Below, in pieces: positions 25,255 through 34,402 of a stretch of DNA of 64,000 nucleotides (its first letter is position 1; every line of letters begins with the position of its first letter). The notes beneath the pieces are model-generated. The model did no database searches, had not been told where the DNA came from, and saw only the letters and a program-made list of their open reading frames with translations. Both the position numbers and the translations under genes were made by a program. Source of the DNA: Candidatus Kapaibacterium thiocyanatum (GTDB lineage: Bacteria; Bacteroidota; Ignavibacteria; Kapaibacteriales; Kapaibacteriaceae); contig MKVH01000003.1 in assembly GCA_001899175.1 (NCBI GenBank), positions 309,735 through 373,734 of the forward strand. Direction: 5' to 3'.

Positions 25255-28104
25255 TCACTTCCAGACGTGGATGACACGCCGTTCGGCACGCATGCCCTGC
25301 ATGAAGGTCACGCTGTAGATGCCGCTCGGAACGGAATGCAGGTCGATATGCAGCGTCCGTGACGATTGCGTCCACGGCGCTTCCATCTCCACGCCATCCA
25401 CGGACGTTACCACGACGCGGTCGAGCGGCGCCTCGGTGGCGAGGCCCACGGCCACGCCGAGCGATGCCGGTTGGGGACGTACGGTGGTGGCGATGGGCGA
25501 ACCCTCTTCCACACCCGATGCGGGTGTGACCTTGATGTCGTCCACGTACCAGCCATCGGAATGACGTGTGATGTTCGATCGCATGCGCAGGCGTACGTAG
25601 GCCGTATCGCCCTCCTGCGGTGCGGTGAAGGGAATGGAGGCGAATCGCCATGCATCGGTACCCTTCGTCGTATCCTTCCAGCGATCGTACTGTCCCGCAT
25701 TGTAGGTCGCCAGCGTCGTCCATTGCGTCGACGGATAGCTGTAGGCGATGTCCACGTAGGCCGTATCGCCTGGATCGATGAAGGCGGCATGCCAGAACGT
25801 GAGAGCCGCGGCGCGCGGCGTCACGCGGAATGGGTAGAGCATGATGCTGTCGCGTTCCGATGGTCCATAGGGGCCGTTCGGTGATTCCGTCAGCGATGCG
25901 TCGGGACTGTAGGAGAAGAGCGTCGTGCGGTCCCATCCACCACGGATGCGGAGCAGACGCGGCATGGTGTCGAACGTCTCGCCACGTGTGAGCATGGGAT
26001 GTCCTGTACCGAGCGATCCGGTGTAGGCGACGAGGGTGTCGGATGACGGTCCGACGTTGCCCAGGGCGTCGACGATGCGTGCGCTGACGCGATACCAGCC
26101 CCATGCGGAAGGAAGGGCATCGAAGGATCGTACCGTACCCGTATCGGATGCCGCAACGTCGAGATCGAACGTCTGCTCGTCGAGGCGTATCCTGATCTTC
26201 GCCATGTTCACGAGCGGAGTGATTCCATCCGAACGCCGCGACGGCAGGCGGAAGGTCGACGCCATGAAGCCACTCTCACTGCCCGTCGCGACCATGATCG
26301 CAGGCGCGGCAGGTTGGCGCGATCCGCCGGAGAAGGCGCTGGCGATGCGGCGTGCACTCGTATCGGCAGCGCTCACCACGTCGAGGCCATACGTGTATTC
26401 GGTGAAGGCGTCGAGTCCCTGGTCGAGATACGTCGTCGTTCCCGATGCGATGTCGCGCAGGAACCGTCCGTTTCGATACAGGACATATTTATAATCCTGA
26501 AGAGCGAGTTCCTGGCCATAGGAACGCTCCGTCGGCGCCGTCCATGCAAGGGAGATGGACGTCGTATCGGCGGGCAGGGTCGCGGCCGTGAATTCGTCGA
26601 CGGCGGAAGGGGCGCGCACGTTGACGATGGCCGTGTAGACGTCGTTGTTGGATGGGTTCTCGTCGGTGTGACGCATGTCGACCCACGAGGGATAGAGCAT
26701 GCCGTCGCGGAAGTCCATACCGCTGTAGTCGCCGGCGAAGGTATTGCCGGAGAAGGGATTGCGCCGCAGGTCGTTGACGCCGTCGCCCACGCGACGGTCT
26801 TTCCACGTCAGACCACCGTCGGCCGAGTAGCTCACGTAGCAGTTGACGAGGATGTTCGCCGCATCGTCTCTGCTGTCGAAGTACATCACGCCGAGATCGC
26901 CGTTGACGGGATCGAGGGCGATCCAGGGCCAGAACTGGTCGTTGGTGGTGTCGCTATGGACGATGACGGGGTCCGACCATGTTTCTCCGTTGTCGGTGGA
27001 GCGGCTGAAGTAGACGTTCGGAATGCGGTCGGCGCTCCATACGAGATAGATGTTGCCACGGCGCGGACCGTTCGTGTTGTCGATGACCATCGTTGGATAC
27101 GCTTCGGCACGTACGATGCCCTTGACGCGGCTGTTGGTCTGACCGTTGATGGTGCTCTGGATACCGAAGCGGTTGTATCGCTGGATGATGCGTGGTGCCG
27201 TCCATGTGGCGCCGCCGTCGGTCGAGCGCGCATAACGTACGGCGCGTTCCGTGCCGCTGTTCCATACGAGGTGCACGCTGCCGTCAGGACCCGTCCGTGC
27301 AAGCGGAAAACTCTGTCCGAAGGTCGTGTCCTCGCTCGTATGCGGGAAGCGCGTGCTCACGGGAACGGGAGGAAGCCAGGTGAGGCCGCGGTCGAGACTG
27401 CGCGCGATGACGATCTGCGTGGAGGAGTCGGCGTTGACGACGCGTTTCCATGGAATGTAGACGCGATGCCTGAAGGGCGATGCGGATGCGGTGTCGACAT
27501 GGACGTAGTACTTGTCCTCGAAGGACGAGTCCGCCGTCTGCTGTCCGGTATGGATGATGACGGGAACGTGTTTCGGATTCCACGTCTTGCCGCCGTCGTT
27601 CGTGACGGAGATGAAGACGCCGTTCTCGCCGAACTGGGTATTCCCCGTCCTGTTGAAGCCACCATAGCAGAGATAGCCACGGCCGTCTGCATCGAAGGCT
27701 ACGGAAGGATCGTTACTCGATGCCCATCCCTGGCGGGCGGTGCCGAGGTCGACGTTCTCCCATGTCTTGCCGCCGTTGGTGGAATAGTAGGCCCACGTGG
27801 ACGACCGCTTGCGATAGTCCACGGCCGAGCCGATGATGTTGCGTGGATCGACGGGATTGATGGCGATGGACGATTCGTTCTGCACGGGCAGGTCGTCGTT
27901 CTCGCCCGTGATCATGTCCACGTTCTCGAAGCGCGAGGGGAAGCGCCGTTCCGCCACGATCGGAACGAGGTAGGGGAAGCGGTACTGACGTCCCGTGACG
28001 ACGGGCGTCGGATGGGCCCGCTCCATGTGGCGTACGTTGGGGTGTTCCTGGGCGATGATCGAGCACGTGACGAGCATGAACAGGGTTAGGAATCTCATCA
28101 CCAT
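25255..28104 (-). CDS. Secreted BNR/sialidase-like beta-propeller protein with Fn3-like region and T9SS C-terminal domain
   Basis: Start at MVMRFLTLFMLVTCSIIAQ (signal peptide). Repeated Asp-boxes (STNGGKTWEN, TNDGGKTWNP, SLDRGLTWLP, STDGGATWTA, STDNGETWSD, SADGGLTWKD). Tail HIDLHSVPSGIYSVTFMQG...VIHVWK resembles a T9SS CTD. The start overlaps the stop of the upstream VOC gene. Confidence 0.9.
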   Translation of the reverse strand: MVMRFLTLFMLVTCSIIAQEHPNVRHMERAHPTPVVTGRQYRFPYLVPIVAERRFPSRFENVDMITGENDDLPVQNESSIAINPVDPRNIIGSAVDYRKRSSTWAYYSTNGGKTWENVDLGTARQGWASSNDPSVAFDADGRGYLCYGGFNRTGNTQFGENGVFISVTNDGGKTWNPKHVPVIIHTGQQTADSSFEDKYYVHVDTASASPFRHRVYIPWKRVVNADSSTQIVIARSLDRGLTWLPPVPVSTRFPHTSEDTTFGQSFPLARTGPDGSVHLVWNSGTERAVRYARSTDGGATWTAPRIIQRYNRFGIQSTINGQTNSRVKGIVRAEAYPTMVIDNTNGPRRGNIYLVWSADRIPNVYFSRSTDNGETWSDPVIVHSDTTNDQFWPWIALDPVNGDLGVMYFDSRDDAANILVNCYVSYSADGGLTWKDRRVGDGVNDLRRNPFSGNTFAGDYSGMDFRDGMLYPSWVDMRHTDENPSNNDVYTAIVNVRAPSAVDEFTAATLPADTTSISLAWTAPTERSYGQELALQDYKYVLYRNGRFLRDIASGTTTYLDQGLDAFTEYTYGLDVVSAADTSARRIASAFSGGSRQPAAPAIMVATGSESGFMASTFRLPSRRSDGITPLVNMAKIRIRLDEQTFDLDVAASDTGTVRSFDALPSAWGWYRVSARIVDALGNVGPSSDTLVAYTGSLGTGHPMLTRGETFDTMPRLLRIRGGWDRTTLFSYSPDASLTESPNGPYGPSERDSIMLYPFRVTPRAAALTFWHAAFIDPGDTAYVDIAYSYPSTQWTTLATYNAGQYDRWKDTTKGTDAWRFASIPFTAPQEGDTAYVRLRMRSNITRHSDGWYVDDIKVTPASGVEEGSPIATTVRPQPASLGVAVGLATEAPLDRVVVTSVDGVEMEAPWTQSSRTLHIDLHSVPSGIYSVTFMQGMRAERRVIHVWK

Positions 28105-28460
28105 ATCTCCGCTATCTGTTGTCCGAATCTGATGAGGTTGCCGCTCGGATCGAGTACTCCGAATTCGAGCATACCGTATGGTTTGGCCTCGATGTGGGCC
28201 TTCGGGTGGATGACTCCCGCCTTCGCGCAGGCATCGTACAGGTACTGTGCATCGTCTATCGTTATCCAGCAGCCCGATGCCGCGGGAATGTCGGGATCGC
28301 TGCATGTCCAGAGATGGAGGGCCATGCCGTTGCGTGATACCACGGCGTAGGAGTCATCCTGATACGTCTGGATCGTGCACCCGAGAACGTCGCGATAGAA
28401 TGCGATGCTGGCCTGCATGTCCAGGCTGGGCAGGGCCGGGGCGATGGCGAGGAATTTCAT
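28098..28460 (-). CDS. VOC-family (glyoxalase/bleomycin-resistance-like) protein, 120 aa
   Basis: Size and pattern (LPSLDMQASIAFYRDVLG......DDSYAVVSRNGMALHL.......WITIDD...LY.....G.......E.KPYGMLEFGVLDPSGNLIRF) resemble Ble/glyoxalase-fold proteins. Confidence 0.8.
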   Translation of the reverse strand: MKFLAIAPALPSLDMQASIAFYRDVLGCTIQTYQDDSYAVVSRNGMALHLWTCSDPDIPAASGCWITIDDAQYLYDACAKAGVIHPKAHIEAKPYGMLEFGVLDPSGNLIRFGQQIAEIW

Positions 28461-30436
28461 AGCTCAAGATCAGCACGGATACCGTCCCATGCAAGCGAGG
28501 ACGTGATGCGGCGAAGGTGGCGTTCGTACCGTGCGATGCCGGGATCTCCCGTGCGACGAAGGAGGATGACGATGTTGCCGAGCGTGAGTACCTGCAGGGC
28601 AGCGGGCAGCTCCGATGCCAGCGATGCCGCCTCGTGCAGTGCCGTCCGTGCCGCGTCCATGTCCTGTTGCCGCATGGCGGCAGCGGCCCGTACGTTAAGG
28701 ATCGTCGTGCGATCCCGCGGCGACAGATTGTGGATCTGCTCCGCCCGTGCGAGGAAGGTGAGGGCGTCGTGATACTCGTCGATGGCGATCGCAGCACGCG
28801 CGGCGAGGCAGAGCAGGGTGACGTGTTCGCCGGTGGCGAGAGCGTCGGACCGCTCCGCCAGAATGGTCATGGAGGCCGAGAGTGCATCGACGGCACGACC
28901 TGCGATCAGCATGTCGGCGATCGTCCGCAATGCATCGCGTACGGGAGGATGCTGCAGGGCACCGCCAGCAACGGACGATGAGGTTTCGCCGGCGACAGGG
29001 CGTTCGTCCGCATCACCAGCCACGTATGGTGCATGATAGAGGGGGAGAAGATGCTGATGGATGTGTGCGGCCACGTCGTTGGCACCCATGCGCACGGCCG
29101 CTTCGGCACTGATGGTGAGCATGCGTTCCGTCGTCACCGCATCGTCGGCCTCGGCGCTGTGAGCTGCGATCATGCCTGCGAGCTGATCCTTCACCTGGTC
29201 GAGCTCGGCTGCTGCGTATTCCCGCGCGAGGATGTCGGCGATCCGCTGATGGAGCGCCTTGCGCTCTTCGTACTCCGGAAGATGGACGAAGTACGTATAG
29301 GCGAAGGACTGCGTGAACTCATAGGCCGTCGTCTTGATGCCATAGCGCGTACGCATGCCGATGCTGCGGATCATTCCCGTCGTTCGCTGTATACGGCGCA
29401 ACGTGCGGATGATGGAGAGTACGTCTGTATTCGTCAGTGCGGCGACAAGGAAGGCCGTGAACTCGCGTCCTTCGGCGGCGCACAACGACAGGATCGTGGC
29501 GTCTTCTTCCGGGACGGTCCGGAGAATCGTATCGGTATCGGGATGATCACCCAGGTGGATATCCGCTTCGTCGATGGCATCGTCGGCGAAGGTTCCGTCG
29601 GCATCGATACGTCCCGTCCTCTGGAGATAGCGGACATATTCCGCGAGGATGCCCGGCGATCCACCGGAGCGGTCGTGCAGACGTCCGACGAGCGCATCGG
29701 TGATGGTGGCCGACGGGAGAAGCGACGACAGGATGGAAGCTGTCTGTGCGGTGTCGATGGGACCGAGTGCGATGGTGCGCGAAACCACGGCCGGCGAACG
29801 CAGCAGGTTCGTCATCGGCAGGTTCGAGCGCTGGGCGACGGATGGCGTGACCGTCCACACGATCAGTAGCGGGACGTCCGAGATGGTTTCGGTAAGGGAG
29901 CGTATCACTTCCACGCTCTGGCCATCGCTCCACTGTCCGTCGTCGACGAGCAGGATGAAGGGCGTCCGTTCGGCGATGCGTACCAGCGTGTCGACGCATT
30001 CGCTCACGGCCGCGCGTTTCTTCTGTTGCAGGGCTGCCGTTTCCCGCTTGTATTCGCTGACGTCCTGCGATATCGCTTTCACCGCATAGAAGAGATCGCC
30101 TGCGATGGGAATCGATGCGAGAACGCTCATGCCGATGTTCAGGGCGAGGCGCTTGCGCGCCGTCTGTTCCCCCTGCAGGTAGAGGCGTTCGATGGCATGA
30201 CCGAAGGGCTGGAGCGGCTGGATCGTGCTGACGTTGAAGGAGCCGACGGGAGGACGGCAGTCCACGCGGACGATGGTTTCCTTGACCGATGCTTCGAGCC
30301 ATTCGAGCAGGGCGCTCTTGCCCATACCCGATTCTCCCGACAGGATGACGACGTCGCCCGCACCCTTCTTCCATCGTTCCACGGCTTCGAGAAGGCGTTC
30401 GCAGACATGCTCGCGTCCGGCCAGTGGTGTCGTCAT
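28457..30436 (-). CDS. AAA_16-type P-loop ATPase with C-terminal TPR-like helical repeats (STAND-like, no N-terminal effector domain)
   Basis: Walker A GESGMGKS at residues 34-41 (nt 30314-30337). Walker B FILLVDDGQW at residues 160-169. The C-terminal roughly 250 aa are alanine/leucine-rich helical-repeat sequence. ATGA overlaps at both ends (30433-30436 and 28457-28460). Confidence 0.8.
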   Translation of the reverse strand: MTTPLAGREHVCERLLEAVERWKKGAGDVVILSGESGMGKSALLEWLEASVKETIVRVDCRPPVGSFNVSTIQPLQPFGHAIERLYLQGEQTARKRLALNIGMSVLASIPIAGDLFYAVKAISQDVSEYKRETAALQQKKRAAVSECVDTLVRIAERTPFILLVDDGQWSDGQSVEVIRSLTETISDVPLLIVWTVTPSVAQRSNLPMTNLLRSPAVVSRTIALGPIDTAQTASILSSLLPSATITDALVGRLHDRSGGSPGILAEYVRYLQRTGRIDADGTFADDAIDEADIHLGDHPDTDTILRTVPEEDATILSLCAAEGREFTAFLVAALTNTDVLSIIRTLRRIQRTTGMIRSIGMRTRYGIKTTAYEFTQSFAYTYFVHLPEYEERKALHQRIADILAREYAAAELDQVKDQLAGMIAAHSAEADDAVTTERMLTISAEAAVRMGANDVAAHIHQHLLPLYHAPYVAGDADERPVAGETSSSVAGGALQHPPVRDALRTIADMLIAGRAVDALSASMTILAERSDALATGEHVTLLCLAARAAIAIDEYHDALTFLARAEQIHNLSPRDRTTILNVRAAAAMRQQDMDAARTALHEAASLASELPAALQVLTLGNIVILLRRTGDPGIARYERHLRRITSSLAWDGIRADLEL

Positions 30437-31449
30437 GGCCGTTCTCCGCGTTGCGTGCCGAGGAAGGCGCGCAGCAGGTGTTCCGTATCCGCATCGGCCG
30501 TGAGACCGCCGATGCCACCACTGCCCTGGTGGACCTGCAGCGTCGGTGCGGAATCCTCGGACTTGCCGTACATGAGGACGACGGCATAGGTGATGAGAAG
30601 CATGAATTCCAGACCGAGTGCACCGAGGACGAGCGAGGGGTCCGTGGCGGGCAGGAATTTGAGACCGCGCAGACCGATGACGATGATGAGGATGGCTGCG
30701 CCGATGTAGACCATGCCCAGGACGGCATTCGAATACCGGTCCGTGAAGTACTCGCGCATGTAGAATTTGATGGCGTCGTGCACCTTCGAGAGCTTGCCCA
30801 CGCCGGACGCTTCGCGCCAGCGCAGGGCGCGCTGCAGAAGGTCGATGGCATCGAAGGACATACCGTAGATATCGGCCATGTCGTGGAGCCGGCGTGTATC
30901 CGCCTGAAGGATATCGCGTGTGAGCTGGCGGATCTCTTCCGGCGTATGCTCTCCGAACTGCGATATGGCGAGGCGGTCCAGGACGTTCAGGATTTCACGT
31001 TCGATCTTCTGTCGGACCAGGCCGGCTCCGCCGGACAGGACCGTGGTGACGAGCGCCGCGAGCGTGAAGCCTCCGACGATGAGCAGCGGCGCCAATGCGA
31101 AGAGCGGCTTGAAGATGTACTCGGCTCTGGGGAGTTCCTTCGACCGCATGCCCGGAGGCGTCATGGCGATGCGCGACGAGTCCCTCGCTTCGACGAGTGC
31201 CCACGTACCGAAATCTCCCGTCGTGATGATCTCTTCGGGTCTGTTCTCGGCGAAGCGGTAGATCACCGGTGTTCCATCCCGGACGACTTCGCTGCGCAGG
31301 AAGGAAGCGAAGAAGAGTTCCATCGACGGTGCGGCGACGAAGACGAGCAGGGAGACGGCACAGAGCAGGGAGAGCAAACCGTAGAAGATGATCTGCAGCG
31401 GAGTGTGTTCCGACAGTTCTACGTATTTCGAGCGTGTGGTGGCTGTCAT
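30433..31449 (-). CDS. Integral membrane protein with about 4 TM segments, unknown family
   Basis: Hydrophobic segments LQIIFYGLLSLLCAVSLLVFVAAP, LFALAPLLIVGGFTLAALVTTVL, AVLGMVYIGAAILIIVIGL and LVLGALGLEFMLLITYAVVLMY, with a soluble loop of about 130 aa between TM2 and TM3. First gene of the coupled operon. I recognise no family motif. Confidence 0.7.
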   Translation of the reverse strand: MTATTRSKYVELSEHTPLQIIFYGLLSLLCAVSLLVFVAAPSMELFFASFLRSEVVRDGTPVIYRFAENRPEEIITTGDFGTWALVEARDSSRIAMTPPGMRSKELPRAEYIFKPLFALAPLLIVGGFTLAALVTTVLSGGAGLVRQKIEREILNVLDRLAISQFGEHTPEEIRQLTRDILQADTRRLHDMADIYGMSFDAIDLLQRALRWREASGVGKLSKVHDAIKFYMREYFTDRYSNAVLGMVYIGAAILIIVIGLRGLKFLPATDPSLVLGALGLEFMLLITYAVVLMYGKSEDSAPTLQVHQGSGGIGGLTADADTEHLLRAFLGTQRGERP

Positions 31450-31512
31450 GGAGCAAGTATACGAACGATGTTCCTACTATGGACAGCGCCGTCATACGCC
31501 ATGACGACGGCC

Positions 31513-31560
31513 GAAAAAAGGCGAAGGCGAACCGTCTCACCAGGGAGACGATTCGCCTTC
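31513..31560 (-). terminator. Rho-independent terminator downstream of dnaK
   Basis: On the minus strand: gaaggcgaatcgtctc-cctggt-gagacggttcgccttc (one G-U pair), then gcc and tttttt. It lies 24 nt after the dnaK stop and separates dnaK from the operon starting at 31449. Confidence 0.7.
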
Positions 31561-31583
31561 GTTGCGATGGGAACGACGTCGGT

Positions 31584-33503
31584 TTACTTTTCTTCGTCGA
31601 CGATGGTATAGTCCGCATCTTCGACCTTGCCGTCACCAGTGGAACCGCTGCCAGCGGAGCCGGTACCTGCATCCGATGCATCACCGGCAGTGGAGCCCGA
31701 AGCTCCCGCATCCTGATACATCTTCGTCGAAGCTTCGCTCCAGAGCTGATTCAGGGCATCCATTGCGGGACGGACGTCGGCCGTGTTGTTCTTCACGGCA
31801 TCGGAGAGACGATCCTTCGCCTTCGTGATGCGATCCTTCGTATCGGCATCGAGCTTCTCGTCGAATTCCTTCAGTTGCTTTTCCGTGGAGTAGACGAGGT
31901 TGTCGGCCTGGTTCTTCAGTTCGATCTCTTCCTTGCGCTTCTTGTCTTCGGCGGCGTGGTCCTGTGCCTGACGCTTCATGCCTTCCACTTCTTCCTTGGA
32001 CAGGCCGCTCGACGACGTGATGCGGATGGACTGTTCCTTGTTCGTGGCCTTGTCCTTGGCGCTTACGCTCAGGATACCGTTGGCATCGATGTCGAACGTC
32101 ACTTCGACCTGCGGAATGCCGCGCGGTGCCGGCGGAATGCCGTCGAGGTGGAACTTGCCGAGCGAGCGGTTGTCCGAAGCCATCGGGCGTTCGCCTTGCA
32201 GGATGTGGATTTCCACGCTGGGCTGGTTGTCCGAAGCCGTCGAGAACGTCTCCGTCTTGCGATGGGGAATCGTCGTATTGGACGGAATCATCGGCGTCAT
32301 CACACCACCCATCGTTTCGATGCCGAGCGACAGCGGCGTCACGTCGAGCAGGAGGACGTCCTTGACGTCGCCTGCGAGAACGCCACCCTGGATCGCAGCA
32401 CCGACGGCCACGACTTCATCGGGGTTCACACCCTTGGAGGGATCCTTGCCGAAGAAGTTGCGTACGATTTCCTGGATCTTGGGAATACGCGTGGAGCCAC
32501 CGACGAGAATCACTTCGTCGATCTGCGACGGCGTGATCTTCGCATCCTTCAGTGCCTGCTCGCAGGGGCGCAGCGAACGGTCGAACAGATCGGCGCAGAG
32601 CGATTCGAACTTCGCACGCGTGATGTTCACATTCAGGTGCTTCGGGCCGTCCTGCGTCGCCGTGATGAAGGGCAGGTTGACGTCCGTCTGCAGCATCTGC
32701 GACAGTTCGATCTTGGCCTTTTCGGCCGCTTCGCGCAGACGTTGCAGGGCCATCGGGTCCTTGCGCAGATCGATGCTTTCCTGCTTGAGGAATTCGTCGG
32801 CAAGGAAGTCGATGAGGCGCTGGTCGAAGTTGTCGCCACCGAGGTGCGTATCGCCGTTGGTCGACTTCACTTCGAAGACGCCGTCACCGATTTCGAGCAC
32901 CGAGATGTCGAACGTACCGCCACCGAGGTCATAGACGGCAACGGTCTGGTTCGCGCCCTTCTTGTCGAGACCATAGGCGAGCGCCGCCGCCGTAGGTTCG
33001 TTGATGATGCGTCGTACCGTGAGGCCCGCGATCTCGCCGGCATCCTTCGTGGCCTGACGCTGTGCATCGTTGAAGTATGCAGGTACCGTGATGACGGCTT
33101 CCGTCACCTTCTGACCGAGGTAGTCCTCGGCCGTCTGCTTCATCTTCTGGAGAATCATCGCCGATACTTCAGGCGGCGAGTAGAGACGTCCGTCGATCTC
33201 GACACGAGCCGAGTTGTTGTCTCCGGCTACGACGGCATAGGGGACGCTCTTGGCTTCTTCGCTCACTTCGCCCATGGTGCGACCCATGAAACGCTTGACC
33301 GAATAGACCGTGTTCCTGGGATTGGTGACGGACTGGCGCTTGGCAGCCTGTCCGACCAGACGCTCTCCGGACTTCGTGAAGCCCACGATGGACGGAGTCG
33401 TCCGCATGCCTTCGCTGTTGGCGATCACCACCGGTGTGGTGCCTTCCATCACGGCTACGCACGAGTTGGTGGTGCCGAGGTCAATTCCGATGATTTTTCC
33501 CAT
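31584..33503 (-). CDS. dnaK: Molecular chaperone DnaK (Hsp70)
   Basis: [21 protein letters not shown]..., [46 protein letters not shown]. Full-length, 639 aa. Confidence 0.99.
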   Translation of the reverse strand: MGKIIGIDLGTTNSCVAVMEGTTPVVIANSEGMRTTPSIVGFTKSGERLVGQAAKRQSVTNPRNTVYSVKRFMGRTMGEVSEEAKSVPYAVVAGDNNSARVEIDGRLYSPPEVSAMILQKMKQTAEDYLGQKVTEAVITVPAYFNDAQRQATKDAGEIAGLTVRRIINEPTAAALAYGLDKKGANQTVAVYDLGGGTFDISVLEIGDGVFEVKSTNGDTHLGGDNFDQRLIDFLADEFLKQESIDLRKDPMALQRLREAAEKAKIELSQMLQTDVNLPFITATQDGPKHLNVNITRAKFESLCADLFDRSLRPCEQALKDAKITPSQIDEVILVGGSTRIPKIQEIVRNFFGKDPSKGVNPDEVVAVGAAIQGGVLAGDVKDVLLLDVTPLSLGIETMGGVMTPMIPSNTTIPHRKTETFSTASDNQPSVEIHILQGERPMASDNRSLGKFHLDGIPPAPRGIPQVEVTFDIDANGILSVSAKDKATNKEQSIRITSSSGLSKEEVEGMKRQAQDHAAEDKKRKEEIELKNQADNLVYSTEKQLKEFDEKLDADTKDRITKAKDRLSDAVKNNTADVRPAMDALNQLWSEASTKMYQDAGASGSTAGDASDAGTGSAGSGSTGDGKVEDADYTIVDEEK

Positions 33504-33529
33504 CGCTCGATGTTCCTTTCGTTAGAATG

Positions 33530-33550
33530 GCCCCCGGCCAGGCCGGGGGC
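33530..33550 (-). other. GC-rich stem-loop between hsp20 and dnaK, no U-tract
   Basis: gcccccggcc a ggccgggggc is a near-perfect palindrome of up to 10 bp per arm, 27 nt upstream of the dnaK start. It may be a processing, attenuation or stability element rather than a full terminator. Confidence 0.5.
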
Positions 33551-33615
33551 TGAGTGTGTTCCGTCGTTGTGTCCTGGGGCGACAACTCCGCCCGCATGCA
33601 GTGCTGCGGCGAACC

Positions 33616-34056
33616 TTAGCTGATGCTGATTTCCTGCTCCTTGGGAGCGGTCGGTTCGGCCTTCGGAATGGTGAGCGTAAGGACACCGTTCTCGAAGGAA
33701 GCCGTCACCGCATCCTTCTGCAGATTGTCCGGCAGTGCAAAGCTACGCGTAAAACTGCCATAGCTGCGTTCGAGCCGTACATGATTTCCGTCCTTGTGGG
33801 TTTCCGCATGCTTCTTCTCTCCGCGGATCGTCAGCACGTTGCCTTCACCGATGGTGATCTTGACGTCTTCCTTGCTGACACCCGGCAATTCGGCCTGTAC
33901 CGTGAGAGCCGTCGCATCGTCGGAGATATCCACGCGAGGCGTGAAGTCGCCGACTTCCAGACGGACACCGCCACGGTTGATATCCTCGAATACTTCGTTG
34001 ACACGTCGCATGACGTGATCCAGGCCCCGAAACGGGGCGACGTTGACGATACCCAT
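33616..34056 (-). CDS. Hsp20/alpha-crystallin family small heat-shock protein
   Basis: Start at MGIVNVAPF. Alpha-crystallin core PRVDISDDATALTVQAELPGVSKEDVKITIGEGNVLTIRGEKK...ERSYGSFTRSFALPDNL...ASFENGVLTLTIPK. Confidence 0.95.
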   Translation of the reverse strand: MGIVNVAPFRGLDHVMRRVNEVFEDINRGGVRLEVGDFTPRVDISDDATALTVQAELPGVSKEDVKITIGEGNVLTIRGEKKHAETHKDGNHVRLERSYGSFTRSFALPDNLQKDAVTASFENGVLTLTIPKAEPTAPKEQEISIS

Positions 34057-34328
34057 TGTCGATCTCCTGGGATGATGATGATAGAACATGACCGTTACCT
34101 TACCGATTGTGTATTGCAAGTGTTCGCTCGTGAAAAGGTTCTCTGAAGAACCGTGCCAAACCGGAATTCATGCCAGAATGGCGGCTTTCTCGAACATCAT
34201 GCAGACAGAATGGCAGGTTTTGGTGACAGAATGCTTGTCTGCCCGGGTAAAGCACCGATGATGGGGGTAAGGTCGATCGAGAACGGCCTGGAGTCCTCGA
34301 CATGAACGGTCGGGCAGGATCGAAACGG

Positions 34329-34358
34329 AAAACCCCGATCGGCGGCGAACGGGGTTCG
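34329..34358 (-). terminator. Probable intrinsic terminator after the TlpA-like gene
   Basis: Minus strand: aaccccg-ttcgccgccgat-cggggtt, followed by ttccgtttcg. It lies 45 nt downstream of the stop at 34403. Confidence 0.5.
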
Positions 34359-34402
34359 TACTGTACGTTGATGCAGGTGGGGCGTCGCGGGGGCCGGGTC
34401 GA

